Below, one piece after another: positions 49,871 to 62,949 of a DNA stretch of 64,000 nt. Under the pieces are notes generated by a model, which saw only the letters and a list, made by a program, of their open reading frames with translations, did not search any database and had not been told where the DNA came from. How positions within the stretch are numbered: the stretch's first letter is position 1; each line of letters begins with the position of its first letter. The translations under genes and the position numbers were made by a program. The stretch comes from Octopus bimaculoides (taxonomy: Eukaryota): positions 20,803,097 through 20,867,096 of the forward strand of contig NC_068988.1 in assembly GCF_001194135.2 (NCBI RefSeq), in the 5' to 3' direction.

Positions 49871-51572
49871 TACTATGAAACTAGAGCTACAAATTGGCTC
49901 TTGAAAGGTCCTAGATATTAAGAGTAAATTTATATTTTGTAACAAGTATTTAACCATTTTTTTCTTTATTACTGGAATGAAATGAGTTAAAAATGACACA
50001 TTGGATGCATTGTATAAAGTTGAATCCATATTAACATAAAGGGCATTTGGGAATGAAAGCAAGCTACAGTGTCGGCAATGAAAATAACCGAGATTATATT
50101 GGCATACAGATAGAACTGATAATGAGCAGAATTTATAGAAATACTGTCCAAAGAAAAATTATTAGTGATCAGTAGATATAGGTCAGAGCTGAAGAGAAAA
50201 GTGGTAACAAGTGATAATGTAAAATAGCTGGAATTGTGTGAGTCTCCAATACAAAAGCTGGACAGAATCCATTATAAGGATACATTGCATAAATCAAGTA
50301 AAGAAACTAATCCACTATCAATACCATCATCGTATCATTAACATAATCCTCTGTTGTATCACCATTCACTTTTTCCATGTAGATATGAATCGGTTAGTTC
50401 TGTCTCTTTTTATCTTTCAATCCTGTCATTTCCCCCCTCAGTGTGATCTAACTGTTTCATCCCTAGACTTCTTTGATCTGCAACAGGTACATTTCCTCAT
50501 TCGATTCACACTGCATATTTTGTGCTTTATATCTATTTATTATTGCTTGGTCTGGTGTGTGAAGGCTGTGCTCCTGACCTTTGCAGACCCTCTGAGATCC
50601 GGTTAGATCAATATTGCCCATGTTCAGCTATGAACATCTATAAATCAGCTTCTGCAGGAGAAAAATATGGGTGGTAATGGATTTCTGATAAGTTGACATT
50701 CTGGGGGAAGAAAGATCGTGACACAAGGTTGTGTATGTTCTGGGGGTAGGATAAGATATAATAGGGGAAACACAAACAAGAGAGAAAAGGATATAAGTAT
50801 CACATCCATTACCATAACAATAACAATGATTTTTTTTTTTTTTTAATAGACATAAAACCCAAAGGAAGTTGAATTGAGTGTCCTGTATCAGGTAACACCC
50901 CTAAACATGTATAAGGTTATGAACTCATCATCATAAAGCCAGAAGCATAGCATATTCTTTTCTCAGCTGCTGCACTCCAATAATAACATCGGGGATTTCT
51001 TAGCACAAAACTAGAAACTTGTAAGTGGAAAAGGAGCATTAAGAAGGATACCCAGCTACAGGAACCATCCCAAAGCAAACACTGGAGCTTGGCACAGTCC
51101 TCTGGCTCATCAGTTCCTGTCAAACCGTCCAACCCACACGAGTATGGAAAACAGATGTTAAATGATGATGGTGCTTTTGAAGGGGGTATAACAAACTGAC
51201 CCTGGCATATAACTGGTATTTATTTTATGTTATTTATACCAGATGAACAAAACAAAAAAGAAAAAAAAGAACCTTATCATTGATGGTGTTTGAACTCAGA
51301 ATGTAATGGTGTGAAATTAAATACTGTAAGGTATTTAACAAAACACAACTATATCTGCCAGCTCATTACTTAACAACAACAAAAATACTTCCTTATTGAA
51401 GCACTAGACTTCAGAATTATGGAGATGCGGGAAATAAGACTGAGTGATATTCATGCCTTTCTGAACAGGCACGAGCAACACAATCAAAGTAAAATGGCTG
51501 CAACTAGAAAGTGAAAAAGATTGCAGATTTGGTTTTTGTCTAGAGCTTACATCTATTTCACAGTGCTTACCA

Positions 51573-51667
<95 letters not shown>

Positions 51668-53039
51668 NNNNNNNNNNNNNNNNNNNNNNNNNNNNNNNNN
51701 NNNNNNNNNNNNNNNNNNNNNNNNNNNNNNNNNNNNNNNNNNNNNNNNNNNNNNNNNNNNNNNNNNNNNNNNNNNNNNNNNNNNNNNNNNNNNNNNNNNN
51801 NNNNNNNNNNNNNNNNNNNNNNNNNNNNNNNNNNNNNNNNNNNNNNNNNNNNNNNNNNNNNNNNNNNNNNNNNNNNNNNNNNNNNNNNNNNNNNNNNNNN
51901 NNNNNNNNNNNNNNNNNNNNNNNNNNNNNNNNNNNNNNNNNNNNNNNNNNNNNNNNNNNNNNNNNNNNNNNNNNNNNNNNNNNNNNNNNNNNNNNNNNNN
52001 NNNNNNNNNNNNNNNNNNNNNNNNNNNNNNNNNNNNNNNNNNNNNNNNNNNNNNNNNNNNNNNNNNNNNNNNNNNNNNNNNNNNNNNNNNNNNNNNNNNN
52101 NNNNNNNNNNNNNNNNNNNNNNNNNNNNNNNNNNNCTTTTAAACATTACTAAACTAGTTTCTCACACTACTTTCTGACACTTGTGTTACTCTAAAATTAT
52201 GTAATTCAAAGCAGTGAATTTTGTTGAAGATATATCAAGGACACATGCTGCTCATTACTTTCGTTGTTGTCAATTTTATTTTATTTTCTGGCCTCAGGTC
52301 AATCCTGACCTAACAGGTCTCTGATCAAAAGCATTCCATCCATGATTTTTGTCTTTTATTCACATGCACAGAGTATCTAGGACCACATTATTTAATGTGT
52401 CTTCTCTGTTTTAAGACAGTATGGTGTCAATTTTTTTTTGTATAGCTTGGTCAAGATGTAGACTAGTACCTATAATCTTTGCAAACTCTCAAGAGACCCA
52501 TGAATCTGATTCAGCTAATGTTCAATTTGAGCCACTTCAAGATGAGGTCAAGAAAATTCCAGAGGTCTGATGCTCTTGGGTGAGAGAGATTGGGAAGAAT
52601 GGTTACTAATGCCCAGACACAATATATGCTATAAGAGGGAAAAACTACATCAAGTGGGTTTCAGAAGAGAGGATATACCACTGGCTGGTTCAGAGGTAGG
52701 AGTAAAGGCCCTTATAGTACCAACAGACCAGGCAAGGAGAAGAGACAATACCATCTGTGGGTCAGAGGTTGTAAAGAGTTGGTGAGTCTCTGAAGGAGAT
52801 TTCATTACTAATTTTAGCCTTTGTGGCTGTTTTTGTTGTTAGGGTTAGGGTTTTTGTTTTGTCCAATGAGGGCATAACAGAACATAAAATGATAAGGTTT
52901 TGTCATTTCACATTCATTTTTAAATGCTAACACCGAGGGAATGATATTTATCAAAGCAAGTATTTTGCCTCTTTACAGTTGAATGTCCTTCCAATCATTA
53001 TATGCAATGAATGTTATTCTGTTTACTTAACATAATACA

Positions 53040-53092
<53 letters not shown>

Positions 53093-53497
53093 NNNNNNNN
53101 NNNNNNNNNNNNNNNNNNNNNNNNNNNNNNNNNNNNNNNNNNNNNNNNNNNNNNNNNNNNNNNNNNNNNNNNNNNNNNNNNNNNNNNNNNNNNNNNNNNN
53201 NNNNNNNNNNNNNNNNNNNNNNNNNNNNNNNNNNNNNNNNNNNNNNNNNNNNNNNNNNNNNNNNNNNNNNNNNNNNNNNNNNNNNNNNNNNNNNNNNNNN
53301 NNNNNNNNNNNNNNNNNNNNNNNNNNNNNNNNNNNNNNNNNNNNNNNNNNNNNNNNNNNNNNNNNNNNNNNNNNNNNNNNNNNNNNNNNNNNNNNNNNNN
53401 NNNNNNNNNNNNNNNNNNNNNNNNNNNNNNNNNNNNNNNNNNNNNNNNNNNNNNNNNNNNNNNNNNNNNNNNNNNNNNNNNNNNNNNNNNNNNNNNN

Positions 53498-53557
<60 letters not shown>

Positions 53558-54211
53558 AAAGAGAGAGAGACAGAGAGAGAGAGTGATGGGGTATAACATG
53601 CATTAAACAAAGAAATGATATTTATTAAAAAGCTCATACATAAGGAGCTAAAAGTTCCAACAACTGCCTATCACACATAAAAAGGAACACCATTTATTTC
53701 TGTGGGGTGTGGGGAGTCCTTGCTATAGTAGACATATGGAGTTAATTAAAAGCCCATCATTATAATCATCGCTGAACAGAGAAGGAAACAAAATAGAAGG
53801 CCCAGGCCAAGTTGCTGTTTTGATAGATATAAACTACTGCGGGTCTCACTCACAAAAGATGTTGAGAAAGAAGACTGAGGACAAGATAACAATGTGTGTG
53901 GGATATGGAAGGAAAAAATATATGAGGGAGACGGAAGAAGAAAAAGAGCATATGAAAGGGGAGGATGTCTGTTATTTTGTTTCGTTTTAAGAAAAACCAA
54001 GAGAGGCAAGAATAGCACATCCTAATGGGAGAAGACGGACTATGATGATATTCTGCATCTCCAAATATTGAGCTGTTAGAAGAAGCGCAGCAGAGTTACT
54101 TGGAATCGTTTCAGGTAAAAGCAGAAGAAAAGAACAAATATGATAGAATGAGGAAGAAATGAAAGAAAATGCTGAAGGTGTTGGTGACAGGAGATGGGGA
54201 AAAAAAGAGTA

Positions 54212-54439
54212 TTAATCCTTTAGTGTTCAAATTACTCTGTCAAATGTAAAACTTATTTATTCATATTGTTTTGAATTAATAATATATTGTCTCATAACTT
54301 TGAGATTTTGATGCTGTTATTGTCTATTTTTAAAATGGCATTGTAGGGTAGGTGTGAGAGGTTAGATCAGGCCAGTTTGAACATAAAACAGAAGAAATAT
54401 CTGGGCCAGATATGGCCGGTTTAAACACTAAAGGGTTAA
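54212..54439. mobile_element. piggyBac-type MITE P1
   Basis: ttaa-tcctttagtgtt ... aacactaaaggg-ttaa. Confidence 0.82.
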
Positions 54440-54480
54440 TGAGAAACAACCACCTTATAAAACAAAAAGAATAGTTATTA

Positions 54481-55113
54481 CCATCATTTAATGTCCACTT
54501 TTCCATGCTTGCATAGATGAGATGGAATTTGTTGAGGCCCTCCTGGTCACCAACCCTCACCTGCTTCCAAGCAAGGCAATATTTCCCCATGGCCAAACAT
54601 ATTTTTCATAGATGACTGGAAATGAACAACTTTGCTTGGATGGCAAAGATGCTTATTTACAACCATCATGTGATATCTAGACAAAGGTACATATAAATAC
54701 ACACACACACCTGATGGGCTTCTTTCAGTTTCTTATTTCTTTATTGCCCACGAGGGGCTAAACATAGAGGGGACAAACAAGGACAGACAAAGGGATTAAG
54801 TTGATTACATCGACCCCAGTGCGTAATTGGTGCTTAATTTATCAACCCCGAAAGGATGAAAGGCAAAGTCGACCTCGGCAGAATTTGAACTCTGAACGTA
54901 ACGGCAGATGAAATACCGCTAAGCATTTCGCCCGGCATGCTAACGTTTCTGCCAGCTCACTGCCTTATGGGCTTCTTTCAGTTTCTGTCAACCAAAATCA
55001 TCCACATGGCTTTGTTCAGTTTCAGACTATAGCAGAAGGCACTTTCCTAAGGTACCATATAATGGGAATGAACCCAAAACCACATGGTTGGGAAGCAAGC
55101 TTCTTAACCACAG
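54481..55113 (-). mobile_element. Family F SINE interrupted by a family D SINE
   Basis: F tail at left, F head at right, D insert at 54733-54966. Confidence 0.8.
54733..54966 (-). mobile_element. Family D SINE, full length, 19-bp TSD
   Basis: TSD atgggcttctttcagtttc at 54714-54732 and 54967-54985. Confidence 0.93.
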
Positions 55114-55290
55114 ATCCTCGTCTACATCCATTATGTTATGTACTTGAATTTAATTATCAAGTTTGCTAGGGACGTACATTCTTTCAAAAGAATTTCAGAG
55201 TTATTTTGGTGGTGGTGTNNNNNNNNNNGTTTTTTTTTTTTTTGGTTTGTTTGTTTTTTTAGTGACAAAAATAAGCTTTATTTTAAAATT

Positions 55291-55700
55291 GTGGGAGTAG
55301 CTGTGTGGTAAGTAGCTCGTTTACCAACCACATGGTTCAGGGTTCAGTCCCACTGCGTGGCACCTTGGGCAAGTGTCTTCTACTATAGCCTCGGGCCAAC
55401 CAAAGCCTTGTGAGTGGATTTGGTAGACGGAAACTGAAAGAAGCCTGTCGTATATATGTATATGTATATATATGTCTGTGTGTGTGTTTGTGTGTCTGTG
55501 TTTCTCCCCACAACACCGCTTGACAACCGATGCTGGTGTGTTTACGTCCCTGTAACTTAGCGGTTCGGCAAAACAGACCGATAGAATAAGTAATAGGCTT
55601 ACAAAGAATAAGTCCTGGGGTCGATTTGCCCGACTAAAGGCGGTGCTCCAGCATGGCCACAATCAAAAGACTGAAACAAGTAAAAGAGTTAAAAGAGTAT
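55291..55700 (+). mobile_element. Family A SINE, full length
   Basis: Collinear with consensus. Confidence 0.92.
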
Positions 55701-56095
55701 GTCATAGCTGATAAAGATAATTAAGCAATGAGTGATTGCAATGATGACAATCTCAACCAGATCATTGGTTATCACACATACAGGACTGTTATTTTATATA
55801 TACCCTTTTCTTTTCAAAATATTAGGGTGCAAATTTGAAAGTGATTTGGCTGGTTTTTCAGGCAGATCAAGTGATCACATAATAGAGTCCCCCCTCACTG
55901 GCTCATGAATAATATTATATGAAGACGCATCTACTGAGATGTCAAAAAAGCTAACTTACACCAACGACTCCACTGTGGTGGTGAAAATAGGATGATAGGC
56001 AAAACAGACTCTAGAAAAAAAAAGAAGAGCACACAGAGAGATGATGAAGGAAATGATGACAACATGAACAGCATTTTGCACAATTTTGCATGGCT

Positions 56096-56439
56096 GGGTC
56101 GAGCGGGATCGTTTGCCAGTGCCCCCGGACTGGCCCATGTGCGGGCGACACATGAAATCTTTCAAGCGGGATCGTTGCCAGTGCCCCTGGACTGGCTCTT
56201 GTGCGGGTAGCACATAAAAGACACCATTTCGAGCGTGGCCGTTTTCGTGCGGGTGACACGTAAAAGCACCCACTACACTCTCTGAGTGGTTGGCGTTAGG
56301 AAGGGCATCCAGCTGTAGAAACTCTGCCAAATTAGATTGGAGCCTGGTGTTGCCATCCGGTTTCACCAGTCCTCAGTCAAATCGTCCAACCCATGCTAGC
56401 ATGGAAGGCGGACGTTAAACGATGATGATGATGATGATG
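56096..56439 (+). mobile_element. Family C RTE tail with about 2.5 hairpin modules
   Basis: gccagtgcccccggactggc and gccagtgcccctggactggc modules; (gat)n end. Confidence 0.9.
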
Positions 56440-56830
56440 TGTGGTTAAGATGCTTGCTTTGTAAACATGTGGTTTTGGATTCAGTTCCACTGTGCAACAC
56501 CTTGGGCAAGTATTTTCAGTTATAGCTCCGATCCAACAAATGCTTTGTCAGTGAATTTGGGAAACAGAAACTGTATGGAAGCCCACTATGTAGGTTTGTA
56601 TGTATGCATGCGCATGTGTGTACGTGCGTGTGTATGTCTTTGTCTTTGTATCTCCAACTACTACTTGACAAATGCTGTTGGTTTGTTTACATCCTCATAA
56701 CTGAGTGGTTCAATAAAATAGAATGATAGAATAGGTACCGAACTTAATAAGTACTAGGGTCAATTTATTTGACTAGACCCATCAAAGTGGCATCCCAGCA
56801 TGGCCACAGTCCAATGACAGAGACACGTGC
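56440..56830 (+). mobile_element. Family A SINE, old variant
   Basis: gtggttaagatgcttgc...caccttgggcaagt...cccagcatggccacagtcc. Confidence 0.7.
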
Positions 56831-57137
56831 AGACAAAAGACCGTACACCTTCTTTACTAGACTAGCTCAACATGACAGATTTTACGATACATTAAACAGG
56901 ACAGATTCCATATAGGACTGTCTAAGTCATACATTAACAATATATATTCGAAACAAGATCGAATTAGTACTCAGATTTTGTTATACACTGACATTACAGA
57001 TTCAATACTCGTCAACACCAATGAGCGAAGTCAAACGAAAAAGAAGACAATTTTACGACAACAAGAGGAGAAACTACAGAAAACAGAAACTACACACTAA
57101 TTGTAATAGTTCAGATTACAAACAGGTGTCTTATTTT

Positions 57138-57298
57138 CAAACTGACCACATCCTGCCTCTCACACCTACCCCACAATATTTTTTCTAAAAGTAAACAATT
57201 TCATCATATTGAAATCTCGAATGCATGATTAATTCAAAACAATCAATGTGAATAAATTAGTATATTTGATAGGGTAATCTGAAATACTAAAGGGTTAA
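57138..57298. mobile_element. piggyBac-type MITE P1, partial, inverted orientation
   Basis: Ends gaaatactaaaggg-ttaa; internal part is the reverse complement of P1. Confidence 0.7.
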
Positions 57299-57644
57299 GG
57301 TATGCCAAATTTTTTACCCGGTTTTGATCCCCAGTTACAGCCATTTCTCTTCAATTAATAATTACCTGCTATTTATAGCATGAACAACACACAATCTAAT
57401 TTTTCTCATTCCTGTAAATCTGAGATAAAAACCAGAGTTTGAGGAAATTAGCAGCATTCTAAATTGGTTTAAGTCATACAAAAAAATCCTCAATTTTTAA
57501 TATATTCATATACTATTAGGAGCCGTGGGGTTTCAATTTTGAGCAAAGCCTCTCTTTAAAGTCCTTGTCTCAACACATTTTTGAAATCTAGCCTAATTAC
57601 ACTTGTTCATTTGGTTAGTTCTACTGTAATTCAGCTATCTTGTA

Positions 57645-58030
57645 TCTTTTACTTGTTTCAGTCATTAGACTGCAGCCATCTTTGGGGCACCACCTTGAAA
57701 AACTTTTAGTCAAATGATTCAAACCCCGTACTTAATTTTTTTTTTTTTTTTTTTTTTGGTGCTAAGCCTGATACTTATTCTATCAGTCTCTTTTGCCAAA
57801 CTTCTAAGTTATGGGGGCATAAACACACCAACACCGATTGTCACACAGTGGTGGGGGGACAAGCACACACACACATATATACAATGGGCTTGTTCCAATT
57901 TCTGTCTATCAAATCCATTCACAAGGCTTTGGTCGGCCCAAGGCTATAGTAGAAGACACTTGCCCAAGGTGCCACAGTGGAACTGAACCCAGACGCATGT
58001 GGTTAGGAAGCAAGCTTCTTACCACGCAGT
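57645..58030 (-). mobile_element. Family A SINE, older variant
   Basis: Reverse-complement homology. Confidence 0.82.
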
Positions 58031-58274
58031 CACACCAGTTGTTTACTTTTGTTTTGCTTCTCCTCCAACCCCCTCCTATTTTCTTTCATTAACTCATTTT
58101 ATATTTAATTCTGATAAGAAGTGAATGTCATTAAAAGCAAAGAAAAAAAATTTCAGCACAGGCATAGCTATGTGGTTAAGAAGGTGCAACTATGTGGTTT
58201 CAGGTTCAGTCCCACTACATGGCACCTCGAGCCAACCAGTGCCTTGCGACTAAATTTGATCCCTCCTCCACTGC

Positions 58275-58510
58275 TTAACCCTTTCGTTACCGTAATTATT
58301 TTGAGATGCTCTGTGTTTCTTTCAATTATTTACCAGGTGGTGCTATTAAGTTAGACATGGCCTGGGCTTATACTGGCCAATCATTAAGCTAGTGTCAGGA
58401 ACCTAAATTGTGACTAAGGTTTGAGATTTTAATTCAAAACTTATAAAAACAAAACATTTGTACTACAGAGCCAGAGCTGGTTTCAGCTGGGTTGCTAACG
58501 AAAGGGTTAA
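58275..58510. mobile_element. piggyBac-type MITE P2
   Basis: TTAA-ccctttcgttac / ctaacgaaaggg-TTAA; collinear with 49643-49870 except 58331-58379. Confidence 0.88.
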
Positions 58511-58571
58511 CAACCAGTATTGTAACTTAGTGGTTTGGTGAAAAAAAAAACAAGAAAATAAGTATCACACT

Positions 58572-58945
58572 TACTCTTTTGCTTGTTTCAGTCATTTGAC
58601 TGTGGCCATGCTGGAGCACCGCCTTTAGTCGAGCAAATCGACCTCAGGACTTATTCTTTGGATACCTAGTACTTATTCTATCGGTCTCTTTTGCTGAACC
58701 ACTAAGTTACTGGGACGTAAACACACCAGCATCGGTTGTCAAGCGATGTTGGGGGAACAAACACAGACACACACATACATATATACAATGGGCTTCTTTC
58801 AGTTTCCGTCTACCAAATCCACTCACAAGGCTTTGGTCGGCCCGAGACTATAGTAGAAAACACTTGCTCAAAATGCCACGCAGTGGGAATGAACCCGGAA
58901 CCATGTGGTTGGTAAGCAATCTACTTACCACACAGTCACCCCTGC
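58572..58945 (-). mobile_element. Family A SINE, full length
   Basis: Reverse-complement homology. Confidence 0.9.
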
Positions 58946-60848
58946 ACCTTACAAAAAAAAGAAATATTAAGTATTGGGGTCAATTAATCCAACTAAAACC
59001 CTTCGAGGTGGAGCCCCAAAATAGTCGCAATACAATGACTAAAATGAGTAAAAGATAGAAGACAAAAGATAAAAGATAGATATCTGTTTTTTGGGGAAGT
59101 TTTTAGTATAAATAATGACAGTTCTCGGAACCATTTTGAAATTCTTTGCTTGAAACGTTAAAATTTGCTTTTACCCTGTGGTGGCATTCAAATTTATTCA
59201 AATTTGCAATCCTTGTAAATCCGAGGCCATTAAGGTGATTCTTACACAGTAAAGGCAAAGTCGGGCAAGCAAATTTCATAAACAGCTTCGAGTAAGCAAA
59301 GTTCACAATCCTGTGCTAATTCTGGTCTAAATCATTTGACGTCATTTTAATTTGTTAATGCTCCTGGGAAGGACATAAATATCACAATCTTCCCAATCTT
59401 CTTCCAGCCTACGTAATAAACCACCATTATTTATCTTTAAATATGTTCGGTTGATACCGGCATAATTTTAGTGCTTCTTCCCATAAAAACTGAAGAAGAA
59501 AGTACCAGTAAGACGATGAAGAGAGAAGGAAAGAGAAAAACAATCACCTTCAATCAACTGTGCTTCTCCTCCTCCTCCTCCTCCTCCTCCCCATTTTACA
59601 AAAATTGGCATTTTGCTTCAGAGAGATATCATTATTTATCATTAAAATTCCAAAGACAGATGTTTAAATATTTTCTAATGACATTCTCTTTTTATCAGAA
59701 CTAGATATAAATGAGTTGGTGGAAGAAAACAGAAGAGAAAAAAAGAATAATAATAATAAAAACAAACAACTGAATTATAGCAGAAATAACCTCATGAACA
59801 AGTGTAATTAGAATTTGAAGGTCAGATGAGTGCAGCACTGAGGCGGAGAGAGGTGTGGGGGAGAGGAGGGAAATAAATAAAACTTCAATATTCCTGAAAC
59901 CTCAAACTGGGAAGCACATTTCACTCTTGAACTTTTCAGCAAGTCACATGGGTCAGTGGAGGCGATAAGAATTATGAAGGGCTCAGAAAAGGACAAGAAT
60001 GCTAATGGCATATTTGTTTTAATAAGAAGAAACTGTCAATGGTAGGAGATAACCCTGAGTCAGCGAGCACCTCACTTCCTAAATGGACATATTACAATGG
60101 TGTAACTTCTCCAAGTGAATCTCAGAGAGCTTAAAGCACTGTACAGGTCGATGTCGAAATAAACTGTTTATTTAAAATTGGCAGAGGAATTCATCAAAAG
60201 AAAAAAGTAGTTCTGGATTAGTTTAAAATAAACAGCAACTGAAGCCAAATATCAATTTGCTTTTACTACTACTGCTATTATCATTATTATTATTATTATT
60301 ATTATTACTATTTCAAAGAAATTATCATTATCATTATTTGTTTGTTTTTTTTTGTTTTTTTTTTATATCAGTCCATAGAAATTTGTTGGAAAAACTCAGA
60401 AAATATTTGGAGAAATTCTCTTGAGTTTTTGCAAGACACAACTCTTAAAAGAATTAAGCAGAAGTAAGAATATTTTGTTTGCAGTTCTAATTTTTTAAAT
60501 TTTTTCCTGATTTTATTTTATCAAATGAGCACAAAAATGAATCAAGTCACAACATCCTCCCCACCAAAAAAAAACCCCCCAAAAAAACAGGAAATAAACA
60601 AATTTGGCATATGAGAGGTAGATATCCTTTATCTTTTACTTGTTTCAAGTATTACACTGCGGCCATGCTGGGGCACCGCCTTGAAGAATTTTTATTCAAA
60701 TGAATCAACCCCGGTATTTATTTTTTTCTTTTTTTAACAAGCCTGGTACTCATTCTATCAGTCCTTTTGCCAAATGGCTAAGAGTTACGGAGACATAAAC
60801 ACACCAACACAGGTTGTCAAGTGGTGGTGGTGGGGTACAAACATGCAT

Positions 60849-60894
<46 letters not shown>

Positions 60895-60895
60895 T

Positions 60896-61150
60896 CATCA
60901 TGTGGCACATAAAAAGTACCATCCAAACGTGGTCGGTGCCAGTGCCCCACAACTGGCTCCCATGCCAGTGGTACATAAAAAGTACCCACTACACTTCTGG
61001 AGAGGTTGGCATTAGGAAGGGCATCCAGCTGTAGAAACCTTGCCAGATCCGATTGGAGCCTGGTGTAGCCTACTGGTTTGCCAGTCCTCAGTCAAGCTGT
61101 CCATTCCATGCCAGAATTGAAAGAGGACATTGAACGATGATGATGATGAT
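60896..61150 (+). mobile_element. Family C RTE 3' tail
   Basis: ggttggcattaggaagggcatccagctgtagaaacc...gaacgatgatgatgat. Confidence 0.85.
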
Positions 61151-61151
61151 A

Positions 61152-61775
61152 TAGGACAGCTGTGTAAAGGAGTGCCAATCTCTAACTGTGGAGGGAACCT
61201 GTGATAGAGATAGACCCAGGAAGACATGGGAGGAGGTGGTAATGATCTTCGAATTTTGGGCTTCACAGAGGCAATGACTAGTGACTGAGACCTTTGGCAT
61301 ATGCTGTGCCTGAGAAGACCCCGCAAGCCAAGTAAAATCATAGTCATGGCTGATGCTGGTGTCACGTAACTGGTAGCCATGCCGGCGGCATGTAAAAAGC
61401 ACCTTTTGAGTGTTGGGCAACACAGAGCCAAAGTGGCTGGTGCCAGGGGCACATGAAAAGCTCCTTTCAAGTGTTGGGCCTCACAGAGGCAATGACCAAA
61501 ACCTTTGGCATTATGTTGTGCTTGAGAAGAAGACCCATCAAGCCAAGCAAAATCACAGTCATGGCAGATACTGGTGTCACGCAAATGGTATCCATGCCAA
61601 TGGTATGTAAAAGCACCCATTACACTCATGGAGTAGTTGACGTTAGGGAGAGCATCCAGCCGTAGAAATCGTGCTGAATCAGACTGGAGTCTGGTGCTGC
61701 CTTCCAGCTGGCCAGCCCTGGTCAAACCATCCAACCCACGCCAGCATGGACAACATGATAACGATGATGATAACA
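61152..61775 (+). mobile_element. 5'-truncated RTE-clade LINE: ORF C-terminus plus 3'UTR
   Basis: Translates DSCVKECQSLTVEGTCDRDRPRKTWEEVV[fs]NDLRILGFTEAMTSD*DLW, matching the RTE C-terminal G.R.RGRP.K.W...V..DL...G....A.DR..W motif; followed by a family C-type tail. Confidence 0.88.
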
Positions 61776-62335
61776 TATACACACACACAATTTCCCTCAA
61801 CCGATCCACTCACAAGGCTTTGGTTGATTTGAGGTTATAGAACAAGACACTTGCCCAAGATGCCATGCAGTGGGACTGAACCCAGAACCATGTGGTTGGG
61901 AAGCAAGCTTCTTACCACACAGCTACATCTGCACCTATCACTTTGTACTTAATTTTGAGAGAAGTTATCCTTAACTAAATGTGATATGTAAACAGCACTA
62001 AATATGATGCCATTCCCATTATAAATTTTAAAATATAATCTTTGGTTAACTTTTAAATACACTCTGCAGTAAGTAAGACAGATGAAATACTATTAAGCAT
62101 TTTGCTTCGTATACTAAGTAATAATAATGAATAATGATAATAACAACAACAAAACACAAATAAAAATAATTCCTAATATAGGCACAAGGCCAGAAATTTG
62201 TAGGTGGGGTATAGTTGATAATATCAACTTTGGTACTTGACTGATAATAATATTATCTTTATCATTATTATTATTATTATTATTCAGTAGTCTTATTTTA
62301 ATCATATGCTTTCACTGCGCTACCGAGCGCAGCTC

Positions 62336-62372
<37 letters not shown>

Positions 62373-62424
62373 GAAATTTTAATTCTCAGTATTGGCCTCC
62401 TTTTTCTTGCAATATATCATTGCT

Positions 62425-62826
62425 CTTTTACTCTTTTACTTGTTTCAGTCATTTGACTGCGGCCATGCTGGAGCACTGCCTTTTAGTCGAGCAAATCGAC
62501 CCCAGGACTTATTCTTTGTAAGCCAAGTATTTATTCTATCGGTCTCTTTTTGCCGAACCGCTAAGTTAAGGGGACGTAAACACACCAGCATCGGTTGTCA
62601 AGCGATGTTGGGGGGACAAACACAGACACACACAAACACACATACATTATATATATATACATATATACGACGGGCTTCTTTCAGTTTCCGTCTACCAAAT
62701 CCACTCACAAGGCTTTGGTCAGCCCGATGCTATAGTAGAAGACACTTGCCCAAGGTGCCACAATGTGGGACTGAACCCGGAACCATGTGGTTGGTAAGCA
62801 AGCTACTTACCACACAGCCACTCCTG
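62425..62826 (-). mobile_element. Family A SINE, full length
   Basis: Reverse-complement homology. Confidence 0.92.
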
Positions 62827-62949
62827 TTACTCATAAATAATATCTATAGCAGAGCGTCCAGCTTGCTGTTACTTGAGGTCTCTGGGTGACACTTGGAACA
62901 ACTCATACAAAACAAAACAACAACAACAATAGTATTAATAACGAAAATA

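Larger units (their letters stand above)
60630..61935 (-). mobile_element. Family A (older) SINE split by two plus-strand RTE insertions
   Basis: 3' half at 60630-60895 and 5' half at 61776-61935; both breakpoints lie in the (CA)n tract. Confidence 0.75.

Noticed and set aside
49990-54170. Purine-rich unique stretches (49990-50640, 52480-52800, 53740-54170) with short protein-like frames
   Set aside because: Probably old LINE debris, but no diagnostic motif and no consistent splice signals.
61012-61809. 265-aa minus-strand ORF
   Set aside because: Antisense read-through of RTE tail sequences; the real coding remnant is on the plus strand.
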